DNA of 63,880 nucleotides, the filler included, from Folioceros fuciformis (taxonomy: Eukaryota): assembly GCA_049999805.1 (NCBI GenBank). It is 9 parts of 9 records of this genome, joined end to end, with 100 filler letters (N's around TTAATTAATTAA, not from the genome) between each part and the next. Parts side by side here need not be neighbours in the genome. Positions count along the whole stretch, not along the records: positions 20,725 to 39,916 come from JBNGIO010002650.1; positions 40,017 to 46,192 come from JBNGIO010002651.1; positions 46,293 to 58,858 come from JBNGIO010002652.1; 6 more parts are not named here. One strand, written 5' to 3'. A program made the translations under genes and the position numbers. The notes below the pieces were generated by a model. It was not told the DNA's origin. It saw only the letters and a list, made by a program, of their open reading frames with translations, and did no database searches. Positions 38,491 to 52,200 of the stretch are shown here, one piece after another (the stretch's first letter is position 1; every line of letters begins with the position of its first letter).

Positions 38491-39633
38491 TCAACGACGG
38501 CACACGAGACCGGACCCACCGGTGCAGGTGGTCTGAGGGAACTCGACGATGGTGACCTCGTTTGAAATCTGGCCTCGGAAGTTGGCAACCTTGCAATCGG
38601 CGGACATCAGAGAAGAAGAGAGGAAGGGGCTCTCTTCGGAAATCACCGGCATGCTCTGGTCGGCCTGCTTCTCGAGGTGCTGGAACCCGGGAGCGTAGGT
38701 CTGGCCCAGGACCCCAGACACGGAAGGCGTGAGCGCCTTGAAATGGAAGTTCAGCTCGAGGTGGGCGAAGCAGGTGTCGGGGGTGATGCCGTAGCGGTGG
38801 CGGATGTTCTCAGACTCCGTGACGGGCACGATGAGCACAGAGAGGGAGAACTGGTCGTCCACATCGATAACGACACCGTTGTGGTTCTGCGACCTGGTTA
38901 CGGTCAGCCCGGCGTAGGGCGCACTCCAGGAAGCGTCCTTCACGGTCGGCAGGATGATTGGGGTCGTGTCCAGGGACATCACCAGGTAGTCCACGGAGTT
39001 GTCGAAGGTGGCCACCTGCAACATTGTCGACGCACGCGTCTCAGATCAATTCTCTGGGCGGTGTCACTGTATCCAGAGATCGGCATTGTGGTTGCGTGAC
39101 CTCACCTTGCTGGCGCCGACGTAGAACTGGTGGTCGCCGAAGAGAATTCCGAGCGACTGCACCCAGGTGAAGTCGCGGGACATGTAGTCGGCCCTGCGGC
39201 CGATGAAGTGGGCGTTCACGTGCAGGTTGGAATCGGAGACGATGCAAAAATCGGCGTCCTTGTGGCCGTGGAAGTAGAACTGCTGCCCGTCGCTGCCGAC
39301 AAACACGGGGTCGTCCTTGATGCAGCCCGGGTAAAAGCCTTCGCTGCAGGGTTTGTGCCGGTACGGGGGCCAGGGCCTCCTATTGTATGCTGCAACGCGA
39401 AGCACACAGAGATTCCAATCAATCAAAAACGTTAGCGCAGCATCCACGTTGCCGGACCGGGTGCAGCATACAAGGTCTCCTTATCTGTACAGAAGATGAG
39501 CTGAAAAAATCTAGAACTAGCAGCTACTGTGGCTCGCAAAACCCATCTCGCAGAATCTATAATCACCTTGCGCATCCACGCTTGGCGCATACAGCGTCAA
39601 CACCGCCACAATCACAGCTGCAAGCACCGCCAT
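38491..39633 (-). CDS. Secreted Root_cap-family protein, copy 3 (exons 39567-39633, 39106-39389, 38491-39015; 291 aa)
   Basis: Signal peptide MAVLAAVIVAVLTLYAPSVDA; YNRRPWPPYRHKPCSEGFYPGCIKDDPVF...; closest to copy 2, including the 3' flank. Confidence 0.9.
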
Positions 39634-40521
39634 TCCTGCTGCACTTCCAGACCTTCCTTCACTCGAAGACGATATCGAGTTGCAGGAAGGGAAGGAAGAC
39701 AGTGGGTGCTCCACCTGCCAGAAGCACCCCTCTCTTTACTTTATACTCTCCTGCACTCCCACATAGTCCCCGGGCTTACGTAATCACAAACCAACATGAC
39801 CACCACGACCATCCCTCGGCCCACGAGCCCCATGCTTAGCTAACTAGCTCTCGACTGACGGCCCTGTAGAATCCCTCCCTCGCACTTGTCAAACAGGAGG
39901 TGCTCCTCCCAGCACCNNNNNNNNNNNNNNNNNNNNNNNNNNNNNNNNNNNNNNNNNNNNTTAATTAATTAANNNNNNNNNNNNNNNNNNNNNNNNNNNN
40001 NNNNNNNNNNNNNNNNCTGAAGAGAACCATGGAAGATTGCTGGAGGAGATTTGTTGAGAAATCGTTGAGAAATCGTTGAGAAATTGCTGAGTGATTGTTT
40101 GCTGAGGTTTGGACGAGATTGTTGGGGATTTTCTTTAGGAATCCCTGGATGTTTGTGGAGGACTGTGGAAGGCTACTGATGTTGCTGTAAGATTGCTGGA
40201 AACATTGTTGAAGAGCTGAAGAAAACGGCTGAGAAGATTGCAGGAGAATGGAGGAAGAACGCTGAAGATTGGATGCGAAATCTGGAGAGTTGCTGCGAGA
40301 TTTCGAGGTGTTTGTGAGCGGCTATGGAAGCCTATGGAAACCCATGAGAGATTGTGAGGGATTGTGAGGAGTTGTGAAGGATTTGTTGGAGATTGGTGGG
40401 CATTGCTGAAGATTGAAGCCCTTGGGGGTAGGCCTGTGAGAATAATTGTGATCCAGAGCTCTTATGTGTGTTTTGTATGTGTGTGGAGTGTTACATGAGT
40501 GAGTGGGGAGGTGTGGCTGAT

Positions 40522-43500
40522 CCAAAGAGATTTGCATAGAAGTGTGTCTTTACTGCCGGCGGGCACCTTTAAATGCACCCGCCCATAAAACGGTTATTGT
40601 TCATGTCCCGTGAAATCTGTTCATGTCCCGTGAAGTCTGAACATGTACAAATTACTAATATATTGTGAATAACTATAGCTAGGATATACCTATTTATATA
40701 TACACTATAATTTTTCCACTCCCACTTAGACTAGCTATGGTTATTTATCTATCTACTCTTCAAATTCCTTTCATCTCGAGCTCGCTGTCCGGCACTTCAC
40801 TTCACGCGCTATCGATCACTCTTACGCTCATGGCTCTTTGGCTCCCTCTCGTCGTTCACACCTGCAATCGAGGTACCCGGCTTCGCAGACTGATTCCGTC
40901 CGTCTTGTGGCACACGTTTGATTTGAAACTTGCCATGTGCAGGCTCTGTGTCGACACTCTGTTCTGGCGGTGAAGATCCTGATGATGTCGCCAACCCTAA
41001 AACACTCATGAGCCTCAAATGCTTCTCCTTGGGCAGAGCCTTGGTCAGTAGGTCTGTCGCGTTCTGTTCAATTGGCACATATTCAAGGCTGATTACGTTG
41101 TCCTCAAGCGCCTTTCGAACAAAATGTTGTTTAACCTCAAAGTGTCGTGTCCTAGCATGCGCGATTGGATTTCTCGCTATGGCAATCGCGGACTGGTTGT
41201 CGCACCACATATTCGCAGGCTCAGCCTGTTTGTATCCAAGTGATTTAAGCAAAATTCTCATGTGCATAACCTCTTGCGTGGCTGAAGTGGCAGCAGCATA
41301 CTCTGCTTCTGTTGAGGAGAGCGCAACTATGGACTGTTTCTTCGAAGACCAGCTAACAAGGCACCCTCCGACTTTTACACAGTAAGCTGACACAGATTTC
41401 CTCGAATCTCGGTCTGCTGCCCAATCTGAATATGACATGCACGTTATCCTCATTTTCTGTTGTTCTCCAATCTTTTCATACAACAAACCTATGTCTGACG
41501 TGCCCTTTAAATACCTCAGGATGCGTTTTGCTGTGGACCAGTGCTGCAAACCTGGATTGGATAGAAACTGAGATACAACCGAAGTTGCATATGATATATC
41601 AGGCCTGGTCCAATTACTCAGCCAGAGCAAGCAGCCAACAAGCATGCATCTCGCATCTCTTCTATCTCAGACTCAGTCTTAGGGCTCATTTCTTGTGTCA
41701 AGATTGCTCCCACTGCTGCCGGCGTCGCTGCTGGCTTGACTTGAGCCATGTTGAATTTTTCTAACAGCCTGTCCACGTAATGTCTCTGATGTAGCCTTAC
41801 GCTACCCGACCCAGGATTGACAAAAACCTGAACGCCCAAAAAAAAGGTGCAGGCGCCCAGATCTGACATACTGAATTCAGAGGACAAGATGTTCTTTACT
41901 TCATCAACCATGCTCATCGACGATCCTACTATCAACGTGTCATCCACGTAAACCACAAGATAAGCTATCTGTCCATCCTTTTCATATATGTATACGCTGC
42001 CATCTGCATTAGACAGCCTGAAGCCTGCTTTGATTAAAAACTTGTGCAGCCTCCTGTTCCAACCTCTAGGTGACTGCTTGAGCCCATACTGCGTTTTCCG
42101 TAACCTACACACCTTGTTCGGATGCTTGGGATCTATGTAGCCCTCTGGTTGTTCCATGTAAACCTCCTCTTCTAGAATCCCGTTCAGAAAAGCCGTCTGT
42201 ACATCCATCTGGTGCACGAGGAATCCTTCTTGTGCAGCTATGGCAAACAAAGTTCTAACCGACGACGACCTGACTATTGGGGAGAAAGTCTCGTTGTAGT
42301 CGATCCCTTCTCTCTGAGTGAAGCCTCAAACGACCAGCCTTGCTTTGAATCTAGCAGTAGATCCATCGGGATTCAGCTTCCTTTTGAAGACCCATCGATT
42401 TGTGATTGCTGTTTTGCCTGCTGGTAAGTCCTGCAACTCCCAAGTTCCATTTTGTATTAAGGATTCGTACTCAGACTTTACAGCTGCCTGCCATTTTTCT
42501 TTGTCTACAGAGTTTAAGGCTTCTTGATAAGACGAAGGCTCTCCCAGATTGGGGGCCGCTAAATATGCATGATGCATGGACTGATCCGTGCTCAGGTTTG
42601 CCTCCCATCCATACGGCAACTGTGACCATTCCAAGGGGGACGACGTATGCCTTCTAGACGACCTACGCACCTCTACCTCGGGTTCAACCGAAGACATAGC
42701 CGTGCCAGATTCAACTGTGCCATTACTGAAGACTTCCAGTTCTTCCTGATGTGGCTCCAAAGCTTCTGATGCTTCATCTCCTCCGCTCACGGCTTCTGGC
42801 ACATGAATTGGCCCTGGTCCTTGCACGGCCTACTGCTGCTGATTGTTTTGTTGTGCATCTTCATGCGAGTACTGGTCTATCTGGAATGTCGACGTTTCCA
42901 AATCAGGTACATTGGCCAAGAGGTCGTTTCCGGCTTGTGGATCATTATTGGCATCTGTAGACTTAGTCAGGTCATTGTGTGTTGTTAGCACAGCATGCTC
43001 ATCAAATTTCCCGAAATGAGCGTGAGTAACTCTTCCTTTGTTTGGGTCATAGACCTTGTACCCTTTTATTCCTTCTGAGTAGCCTAGAAACAGCATAGCC
43101 TTGGCCTTAAATTCCAGTTTGGTTCTGACTTCCTTTGGAATGTGGATGAACACTTTGCAACCGAATATTCTAAAATGAGAAATATCTGGTTTGAAGCCTG
43201 TCCAGCGCTCAAAAGGGGTCGCCCCTAGGAAGGACGAAGTTGGAAGCCGATTTTGGATATATGAGGCAGTATGGACAGCCTCCGCCCAGTATCTTCTGGG
43301 AAGACCTGCCTGGAATAGCATGGCCTTTGCACATTCTTGAAGATAACGATTTTTCGATTCCGCCAAAGGGTTTTGGCTTGAACTATAGAGCACTGTTAAT
43401 TGCCGAGCTATGCCCAGTGACTAGCAGTACTGGTGAAATTCGAGGCCAGTAAACTCACCTCCGTTATCACTTCTGAGAACTTTCAATTTTCTGCCTGTGT

Positions 43501-46192
43501 GCCTTTGTGAGTATTCGACGTACTGCATGAACTTATCCAAGGCCTCTGATTTGTGCTGCAGGAAATAGGTTACTATAAACCTGCTGAAGTCGTCCACTAT
43601 CACCATGAAGTATAAGGCACCTCCAAGTGACTTCGTGGACATCGGTCCACACAGATCAGTGTGGACCACATCTAGTAAATCTTTCGCACGATTATGTTCA
43701 AGATTTTTCTTTGGATTTTTCTTAGGCATTTTTGCATAAATGCATGCTTCACAAATAACCTCTGTTTCATCACCCTTCCAGTCTATCTTATTCCGATACA
43801 GGTTCTGTTCTGGCATGCTTTTCATCTTAATGTAATTTGGGTGCCCTAATTTGCAGTGCCACAGCAACTGCTCGCTATTAGCACCAAGCGCCTTGGCCAG
43901 CATAGCTGTCGGTATGTCGCCTCTACCATCTGGTTCTCCAAGGTGAGTTCGACAATCCAGTTTATACAGGTCATTCTCTAACACCCCGGTAGCCAAGGGT
44001 TCATAGCTGACGATATCTATTAGCTCACACAATGCTTCGTCAAACATGATATTCAGTCTCCACTCTCTGCAAAGGTGTCTCACAGATAAAAGATTTTTGG
44101 CCATCTGCGGAACGTGAAGCACATGGTGAAGTTCTCTAACGATTCCACCGCTCAATACTATTCTCACACTCCCTGTTCCAGCAATGTTCAGGCCACTTTC
44201 ATCCCCCATGAGTACATACTGTCCAGGTGGACGTGACTGATATTTATAAAAGCTGTCTCGGGTGTAGCATATGTGTGCCGAGGCACCAGAGTCAATGAAC
44301 CAGGTACGTTCATCCGATTTCGCATGTGCCAGATAAACTGCAAGAATAATGTTCGCATTTGACGTCTTTTGTCTGCTTGTAACATTTGCCTCGGGTGAAA
44401 CTCTGCGAGGCTCACCGGCTCTTTTCTTTTTGCAGTCGGCTTCTATGTGTCCCATAAGCTTGCACCAATTACATGTCAAGCGTTTGTGGTTAGGATTCGA
44501 AAAAAGTTCTACCTCTCACTGGCTTGGGCCTTCCCTGCCATGACTGTCTATTGGTGAATCGACCACCACGTCCACCACAAGCTCCTCCACCGGCATACAA
44601 GACCCTGTTGTGTGAGCTTTGTCCTCTGTTTGAGTTCATTGACGCTTCTTCCTCCAACAACGCCCCTATAGTGTTTGATAGGGAAACAGCGTTTGCTGTT
44701 GCTGTTCGAAGATTACTACTTTGTGTACTGACAAAAACACGGTTACTCTCAGGTAGTGACATCAGTAGGGCCACCGAGGCCTGCAGTTCTGAAACCTTTG
44801 TTCCTGCTGCCGCTAATTTTTGCCTCAGGTGTCTAAAATGCATAACATGTTCCTCCACACTCTCTGACTCTCGCATTTTACAGTTCCAAAAAGAACGCGT
44901 GGCATGAACCAGCGAGGACTGGTTAGTTGTGGCGAACATCTGCGATAACGCAGTCCATGCAAGATGAGCCGAGGTGGCATCTTCGATGTGATGAATCATC
45001 GTGTTGTCGATGGTAAGCTCCAATATTGCGCGTGCTCTTAGGTCTTTCTTAACCCACGCAGTTATGTCTGGTGCAGGTGCGTTTGCCCCTGGATGTGCCA
45101 TAGTACCATCGACAATGTCCCATAGTTCTTCTATTTGGAGCAATGTCTTGACTCTGTGTGCCTAGACATCGTAGTTGGATCCTGAGAAGCAATCCTTATC
45201 TTTAAAGTCCAGTTTCATGGCGTTGGCCATTTGCGCTGGATTTCTCCTTTGATATGCAGAGGTTTGCTGCAACCAGTTTGGAATGTTGCCCTGAAACCAC
45301 TGCCTCGAACTGCTGGAAGTCGGAGAGCCGGATCTGTGCCTCTATCCCGGTTGATGTACGGGTCCAGGTGAGCGACCACGTCGCCCTCTGTTACTTAATT
45401 TATCCTCAGAAGCTGATCTGTGGATGGGCATTCCTTTGCCCCCACTTCAGACACTTGTGTTTTCAAATTACCTTGTGCAGATACATCAAAATTAAGAATG
45501 GCATCTAATATAATCTAGAGTCTTATGAATATTCTGTCCTTAGTATGCTCGAACAAGGTTATATGCTCATATATTTCCTTAAAGAGAGGCCGCAACTGAG
45601 ATAACAACTATGAATTACTCAAGGAAAACGGACGCTCAAAAGGACTGCGAGGAAATGAGTGCTGAACGTGGTTGTGGCGTGCACATTCTTTCAGGCTCCT
45701 AAGGCTTGATCCTAGGCGTGAAAACAATGAATGAATATAAGCGTCGTCATCCTCAGCCCACGATCTTCTATGGAGCGTGTTGCGCCGCGGCATCTTTGAT
45801 TACAGGGATTACATGAGCATTCTGATGTTAGCACTCAGATTTGTGGCGTCTCGATCTGCGCTGATTGCTTCTTTCTTTTGCACTAGGGTTTTCTGACAGA
45901 TTTGTGCAGGCAAATTCCCAGCATGTGAATTCTCACTGCGCGACTCTAAGATGAGATCATGCTATGAGATTTGCATGCTTGGGGTTCGCGAGAAGGATCT
46001 CCTAACCTTGCTCTGATACCAAAGAGATTTGCATAGAAGTGTGTCTTTACTGCCGGCGGGCACCTTTAAATGCACCCGCCCATAAAACGGTTATTGTTCA
46101 TGTCCCGTGAAATCTGTTCATGTCCCGTGAAGTCTGAACATGTACATTACTAATATATTGTGAATAACTATAGCTAGGATATACCTATTTAT
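40522..46192 (-). mobile_element. Near-complete Ty1/copia element with short LTRs (3' LTR ~40524-40710; 5' LTR 46022->46192), PBS and PPT; gag-pol disrupted
   Basis: PBS TGGTATCAGAGC (46010-46021), PPT AAGTGGGAGTGGAAAAA (40711-40727), gag LLMSLPES, CNWCKLMGHIEADC, WFIDSGASAH, HTDLCGP, RSDNGGEF, YVDDTL, ALSSTEAEY. Multiple frameshifts and stops. Confidence 0.95.
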
Positions 46193-46292
46193 NNNNNNNN
46201 NNNNNNNNNNNNNNNNNNNNNNNNNNNNNNNNNNNNTTAATTAATTAANNNNNNNNNNNNNNNNNNNNNNNNNNNNNNNNNNNNNNNNNNNN

Positions 46293-49200
46293 CTCCCCAT
46301 GCTACCCTCCTCCCAAAACGTATTAACCGCCTCCATGAACAACGGCTACATAAAATCCCATCCCCAGAGCAGGAACTCAGGAGGGATACCATCGTGCCCT
46401 GGGGACTTATCCCTCGGCATCCCCTTCAGGGCATAGAACACCTCATCAGCAGATATCGGCTTATCCAGAGCCCTGCGTTGGTCCTCAGAAACCTTAGCCA
46501 AAAGTGCACCATATGAAGAGGACCAAAGCCATTCTCACCCTGCCAGCTTCCCAACACTAGAGAAAATGCTAACAAAGAAGAGGGTAATGAGATTTTTTAA
46601 ACCTTCAAGCGATTCTTGCACCAGGCCACGTGCGTCCCGGAGGGCAAGGATTCGAGTCCTATGCCAATTAGAGGCCACCTTTCCAAAGAAGAATTTAGAG
46701 GGGCCATCCCCCTCCCTCACCATTTAATTTTAGCCCGCTTAAACCAGCCTCTGGCCCTGTCTTCTTCCAGCTTGGCCAAGGCGCATTGCGGCTTCATTTT
46801 ACGGGCCACTTCCGCATCAGTGAAATCCCAACTCTCGCAGCTCCTTTGGAGCCAGCCCAATTCCTCCCTCAAAAAAACATTGTTGCTGACGTTGATCTCT
46901 TGCTCGTTGCACCCCTCGCCTCCTCAGATACCTAGTCGCCTCAGTGTTAGCACGCATCAGTTTGATCGCCGCATTTTCTTCCCCCTGCTCCACTCCCTGC
47001 CAGATGTTTTTGATGTCTTCAAAGACACCTTTGTCCTTCAGTAAGGAGGCGTTCATCCAAAAATTTTGCAAATGCCTCCTTGGGCGCTCTGACTTAGGAG
47101 CGAGCCTCAAGTGCAAACTAATAGGGTGGTGGTCCGAAAGAATCGTACCAGCGAGAATGTTGTACAACTGTACGAAGGCCAGCCACCCTACAGGTAAATA
47201 AAACTTGTCCAACCTGCGCGCTCCCAAGTTCTATTGTTGTTAGTTAGACCAACTGAACATCAAGGACTGTGGTTGGCGATGTCCGGGAGGGCCACCCAGG
47301 GATCCTGCACCGCCAAGATCGTATCTCTCAGCTCCTACCAAGACATAGGCACCGCCCGAACATTACCTGGGCTATCCCCACGGATGTCCTCTTGGCGTTC
47401 AACAAAGTTGAAATCGCCAGCCAGCATCCACGGAATCTGCTCATCAAGCTGTTCACCCAACCTACTCTAGAGGATACTCTTGTCCACGGCAGCATTGGGC
47501 ACATAAATATTACATATTCCAACCGGACCTTGAGGTGTTTGTAGCACCATCCACACAAACCTCCCATCCTCATCTTGTCCTGATTCCAGGATATCATGGG
47601 TTTGCTCTGGGTGAACTGTCATGGAAACACCTCCACGGGTTGCTAAAACTCGTTGAGAAGAGATTTGTCCATCTCTTGTATCCCCCGCTCTAGCTACTGC
47701 CCATTCAGTTCTCCCAGGAAGAAAGATTTTCTTCACTTTTTGGATGTGCTCCAAGGACAGTTTATGCTCTTGCAAGCACACCACATCCCAACTAACTTCC
47801 TCTTCTAGCAGCTTCTTAAGTCTTCTACACTTCGACGCTGTCTTCGACCATCCCCCCAGACCCCTGACATTCCAGGAAATGATCCGCAAATGAAACCCCT
47901 TTCGTAGTTTTTCAAAGTGTTGATACTCATTTAACGGGACTTGCTTGAGAGATTCCGGATAGCAGACGGCTTGGGCATCCTAGCCCCAATCACTGACTTA
48001 GGCCGCGCCAGATGGTCCTTAGCTTTTAGCTCAAGGGATAATCTTTGAAGCCTTTCCGACTTGCGAGTCGCAGGGGCGGGCCTCCAATCCTGCCCAGCTA
48101 AGGGCCAATCAACATCACTCGCTGCCGATTGTGGACCCCCAAACCTGCCTTTCGCCCAAGGCGCATCCAAGGACCACCTCCACTCTGGGTTAAGTGGTAA
48201 ATTGGGACTATTGACTTGCTTTAGCCGGATATCAACAAAGAGACGACCCTCCTTCTAGTAGATACCATTGAAAAATTCCACCTCCTTACCCTCCTTGCCT
48301 ACAGGGTTTAGGGTTGACAAGAAGTCAAAAATCTTGCCCTGCCCTGCATGCAACTTATGTAGTGTAACGACAAGAGGTAGTTGTTCCCCCTCGCCTCCTA
48401 TCACGACCTGAAAGGAATAAAGGTCCTGAACCTTTCTCATAACCATTAGGTTGATCGCAAAATGTCGGCCTTTTCTCCTTGATGTGCCTTCCACCTTCCT
48501 AAGTTCCTGACCACTTAACAAGTGGTACACCACCTGCCCTGTAAGAGGGTACCCATCCTGCACCCTCTTAGCCAGCACCAAGTCCTTGTCCAAGGAGTTA
48601 GACGGAGAAGGCCTTCCTTCATCCCCGAAGACAACAGCCTGCACTTCATGCCAGACTGTATCAGCATCCTCATCTTCCTCAGCACAAGGAGTGGAGAAAA
48701 AGTCTTCCTCGGAGGCGAACACCGCGTTGTCTCTCATGATGGGGCTAGCACATTTTGCGGGGCTGTTACATACCACCGCGGGTTTACTGAGACACGCAGA
48801 TTCATTTCCATCCATTCCAGACCCCTGTCCTGCTCCATAATTGTGGTGACGGTGGACTACAAAAGGGGCATTCCCCCCACCAACAGAAATCTTCCCGAGA
48901 AACCTGTGACCTCCCCTTATTCCTTCCAGCACCTTAAGCTTTTTCCCTTCCGAGGAGGAGATGTCCAAAGCCATGCGTTGCATGACTTTGTTCAACGCCT
49001 TCCTTGCCTTGGCCACAACAATCTGATCCTGACGCTTATGGCCTAGAGACAAATCTTCCGAGGCACGAGTCCTCTTCCCCACTACCATCTCCATGGTCCT
49101 CTGCTCGCTTGTGGACAAGATAGACGCTGACACCGCTTCCAGGCAGTGGACTTGAAAGCCGGTTCTGCTCCTGGCTTTACGGATCCATCAAGACCGGGGT

Positions 49201-52200
49201 CCGCCTCAAGCTCGGGAGACTGATGACCAGGAGTTGACAAGTCACGAATTACTGGGCAACCCAGCGCTGAATCAAGAGATTGGGGCCCATGAAAGAGCCT
49301 GGGAAGATTCCCTTCCCACTTCCTCCCCGGCAGCTTGAGCGGAAGCGACAGATCTTGACCCCTGGCTCGAGCCCGCAAAGGCCAACCTATCACAGAACGT
49401 ATGAGAAGGCATTACCGTCAACTCATTTGGGACTGTGCTGGGGCCTGGATTAGTACCTAAGACTGTAATTAGCATGCCCTCGGTCCCAGCGGCAAGAGGG
49501 AAATCACCCAAACTCGCCTTCTCGTCCTGCATCTTCGCTTTTAAGGAATCCAAAGCCGCCTTGTGGAGACCACATGGTAGATAGACCTCTTAGAAAATGG
49601 GTGGTATTTGTTTTTTTTTGGAGTTTTAATAGAATTCCTTGGAGAGGTAATTAGGAAACTATGTTAGATAAGGCTAGATTAAATAGGATGATTAGGAGAT
49701 AGTGGTGGTGCAGTTTAGAAAGTCAACAATCGTCTAGCTAACTCGTGGCCGTGGAAAATGTGAAGTAGGGGGTAGGGTGTGCCCATGGAGAGGGACGCCG
49801 GCGTGTGTGGAGCCCTAAGTCGAGTGTGTGAGGGCAAGTTGTGGCCCCGGGAGCGTGCAAAAGGGGTTGGGCATAGACATGGGGGTGGGGTGCTTAGACT
49901 TGCCATGGCCTTGCCCAGGTGCGCTGAGGGTTGAGGACCCTGAGAGCAGGCAGCTGGACAGGCTAGGGTCAGGGCCAGGCTTGGCTGGATCCTGCCAGAC
50001 GGCTGCAAGAAAGCAGCCCAGTACCGGCTGCAGAGGGGCAGCTTGGTCTGGGTGCAACCAGGCAGCCTGGCCTGGCTATAGGCCGCCAGCCACTGCAGGA
50101 AGGCAGCCTCGCAGTGGCAGTAGGGGCAGGGTGGTGTGTGGTTTTGGCTAGAGGGTAGATTCGATTAAGCAACCAGTGGGTTGGGGGAAGTCCTGGCCGG
50201 AGGGAGTGTCGGATCGGTAGGCTGGCTGCCTACCAGATCCGGAAGGCAAGAGGCCGGTTTGCGGCCTCTGGGGATGGAGGAGCCAGGCGGCGGTGCTGGA
50301 TCTACGGGTGTACGAGGCCGGCAGGCGGGTTGGTCGACCAGATGGGCGGTCTGCCTGGGGGAGCCGGCCAGTCGGGGTGCAGGCGGCCTGGCTGGGTGCT
50401 CGGGGCTGGCGGATGGCGGCCGGTTGCAAGGGGTCCTGGTAGGGGAAAGCCTGGCCGAATCGGCGAGGTGGCCACCAAGAGGCTAGCCTGCTAACCGGGT
50501 TGGCTGATTGGTTGCGGCTGGAGGCGGCCTGGCAGGGCCTTGGAGGACGGCCGCGTCAGCAGCGGCGCGGCTGCAGGTGGGTAGCCGGCGGCAGCAGCCG
50601 GTGGGAGACCTACTGGTTGGCAGGCAAACCTGGCAGACTGGTCGGATCCCGAAGCCAGGCAGCAGCCTGGCTGGCTGTCTTAGCTAGGCAAGACTGTCCA
50701 AGCTGGTCGAGACTGGGGCTGGATCCGGAGGTCAGAATCTGGCTGAGACTGGGGCAGGCAAGCCAGGGGCGGCGCCGAATCCTGGCGGGCTGTGGCTCGC
50801 CGATCCTGGAGCCAGGCAAGCCGCTGGTTGCTGAGGAGCAGGCAGCTAGCCGGGCTAGGCAGTAGGCAAGCAGCCCCGCAGCGGTGGAGGTAGGCCAGAT
50901 GGGGGCAAGGCGCTCCGAGGGGCTGTGGCAAGTCTCCAGGGCAGTCTATGGCAGACCGGTGGCCAGCTGGTGGTCTAGCGGGCTTCTAAGGAGCCTAGCC
51001 AACAGCCCAATGTTCTAGGCAGCCCAGCAGCGTTAGCTGCGCTAGGCAGCCAGGCCGGGCAGGCTGGCTGGCTAGCCGGATCTGGAAGGCAGACAGCCAG
51101 ATAGGCTGCTGGAGCGTTGGCTGGAGCATGGCTAGGCTGCCAGATCCACGCAGATACTAGTTGGATGGCCAAACAACCCAACCCGGCTTGGGCAGTAGGA
51201 GGTCGGCGGAGCTAGGCCAAAGCCAGGAAGGCTGGCGGCTGGCGGGCTGGCCAGATTCGGACCAGCAGCGAAGGTAGGCCAGGTGGGTGTGGTCGGCCTG
51301 GCGGGATGCTGGAGGCGGGCTGTCGGCACGGCGCTCCAGGCATGGCAGGCCGGGGTAGGGCTGAGGCAGGCCGCGTGGCAGCGGGTTAACCGGATCCGCA
51401 GGGGTAGCAGGCTGGGAGCCTGATATGGGCTACGGCGGGTGGCCAGCGGGCTTAGGCGGCCCCTTGGCTAGATCAGATGGCAGGTGGCTGCGGCTAGTCG
51501 GGTTGGGTTCAAGCAGCCGTTGGGCGGCTGGGGGAAGTCCAGGCCGGGGGGGGAATCCTAGCAGGTGGCTGTTGAGGAGCGGGCAGCCCAGCCCGGCCAG
51601 GCAAGGCTGCTAGAGTCCGGGTCGTAGGTGGCCGGATCCAGGCAAACAGGGGGTCGCGCATCCATGCTGGTGCAAGCGAATTGAAACTAGACAAGCAGCT
51701 TGCTGCAGGGGGTAGGATGCGGTGGAGGCAAGTAGGCTGGTCGAGGCCGGGTAGAGCAAGCCGGCTTGCGGGCAGCCTGGTTGGTCGACAAGTAGACCGG
51801 CTGCAGGGGAATTCAGCCAGATAGCCGGGCCGATCCGGCTGGCTGGCAGGCGAATCCAAGCCTGGCCGGATCGCTAAGGCTGGATGGGGCCGGGATAACA
51901 GGATCCAAGCAACCAAGGCAGGCTGGCCTGGATCAGGATCTAAGCAGACGGCTGCTAAGCAGGCGGACTGGATCCAAGTGGTTGGCTAGCCTAAGGAGAT
52001 GGCAAGGCGGTTGCGGCGCAGCCAAGCTGCAGGATGGCTAGGCAGCCGGGCAAGGCTGCCGGGTCCTAGGAGGCGGGGCTAGAAGTTGGGGATTCAGGGA
52101 CAAGGTGGAGGGGAAGCAGCTCGAGTCATGCTTCAAGCAGGGAGGCTACGGTGGTGTGGACAAAGGTCGGGGGCGCAACCCACCAGGTGAATTCGGAAAG

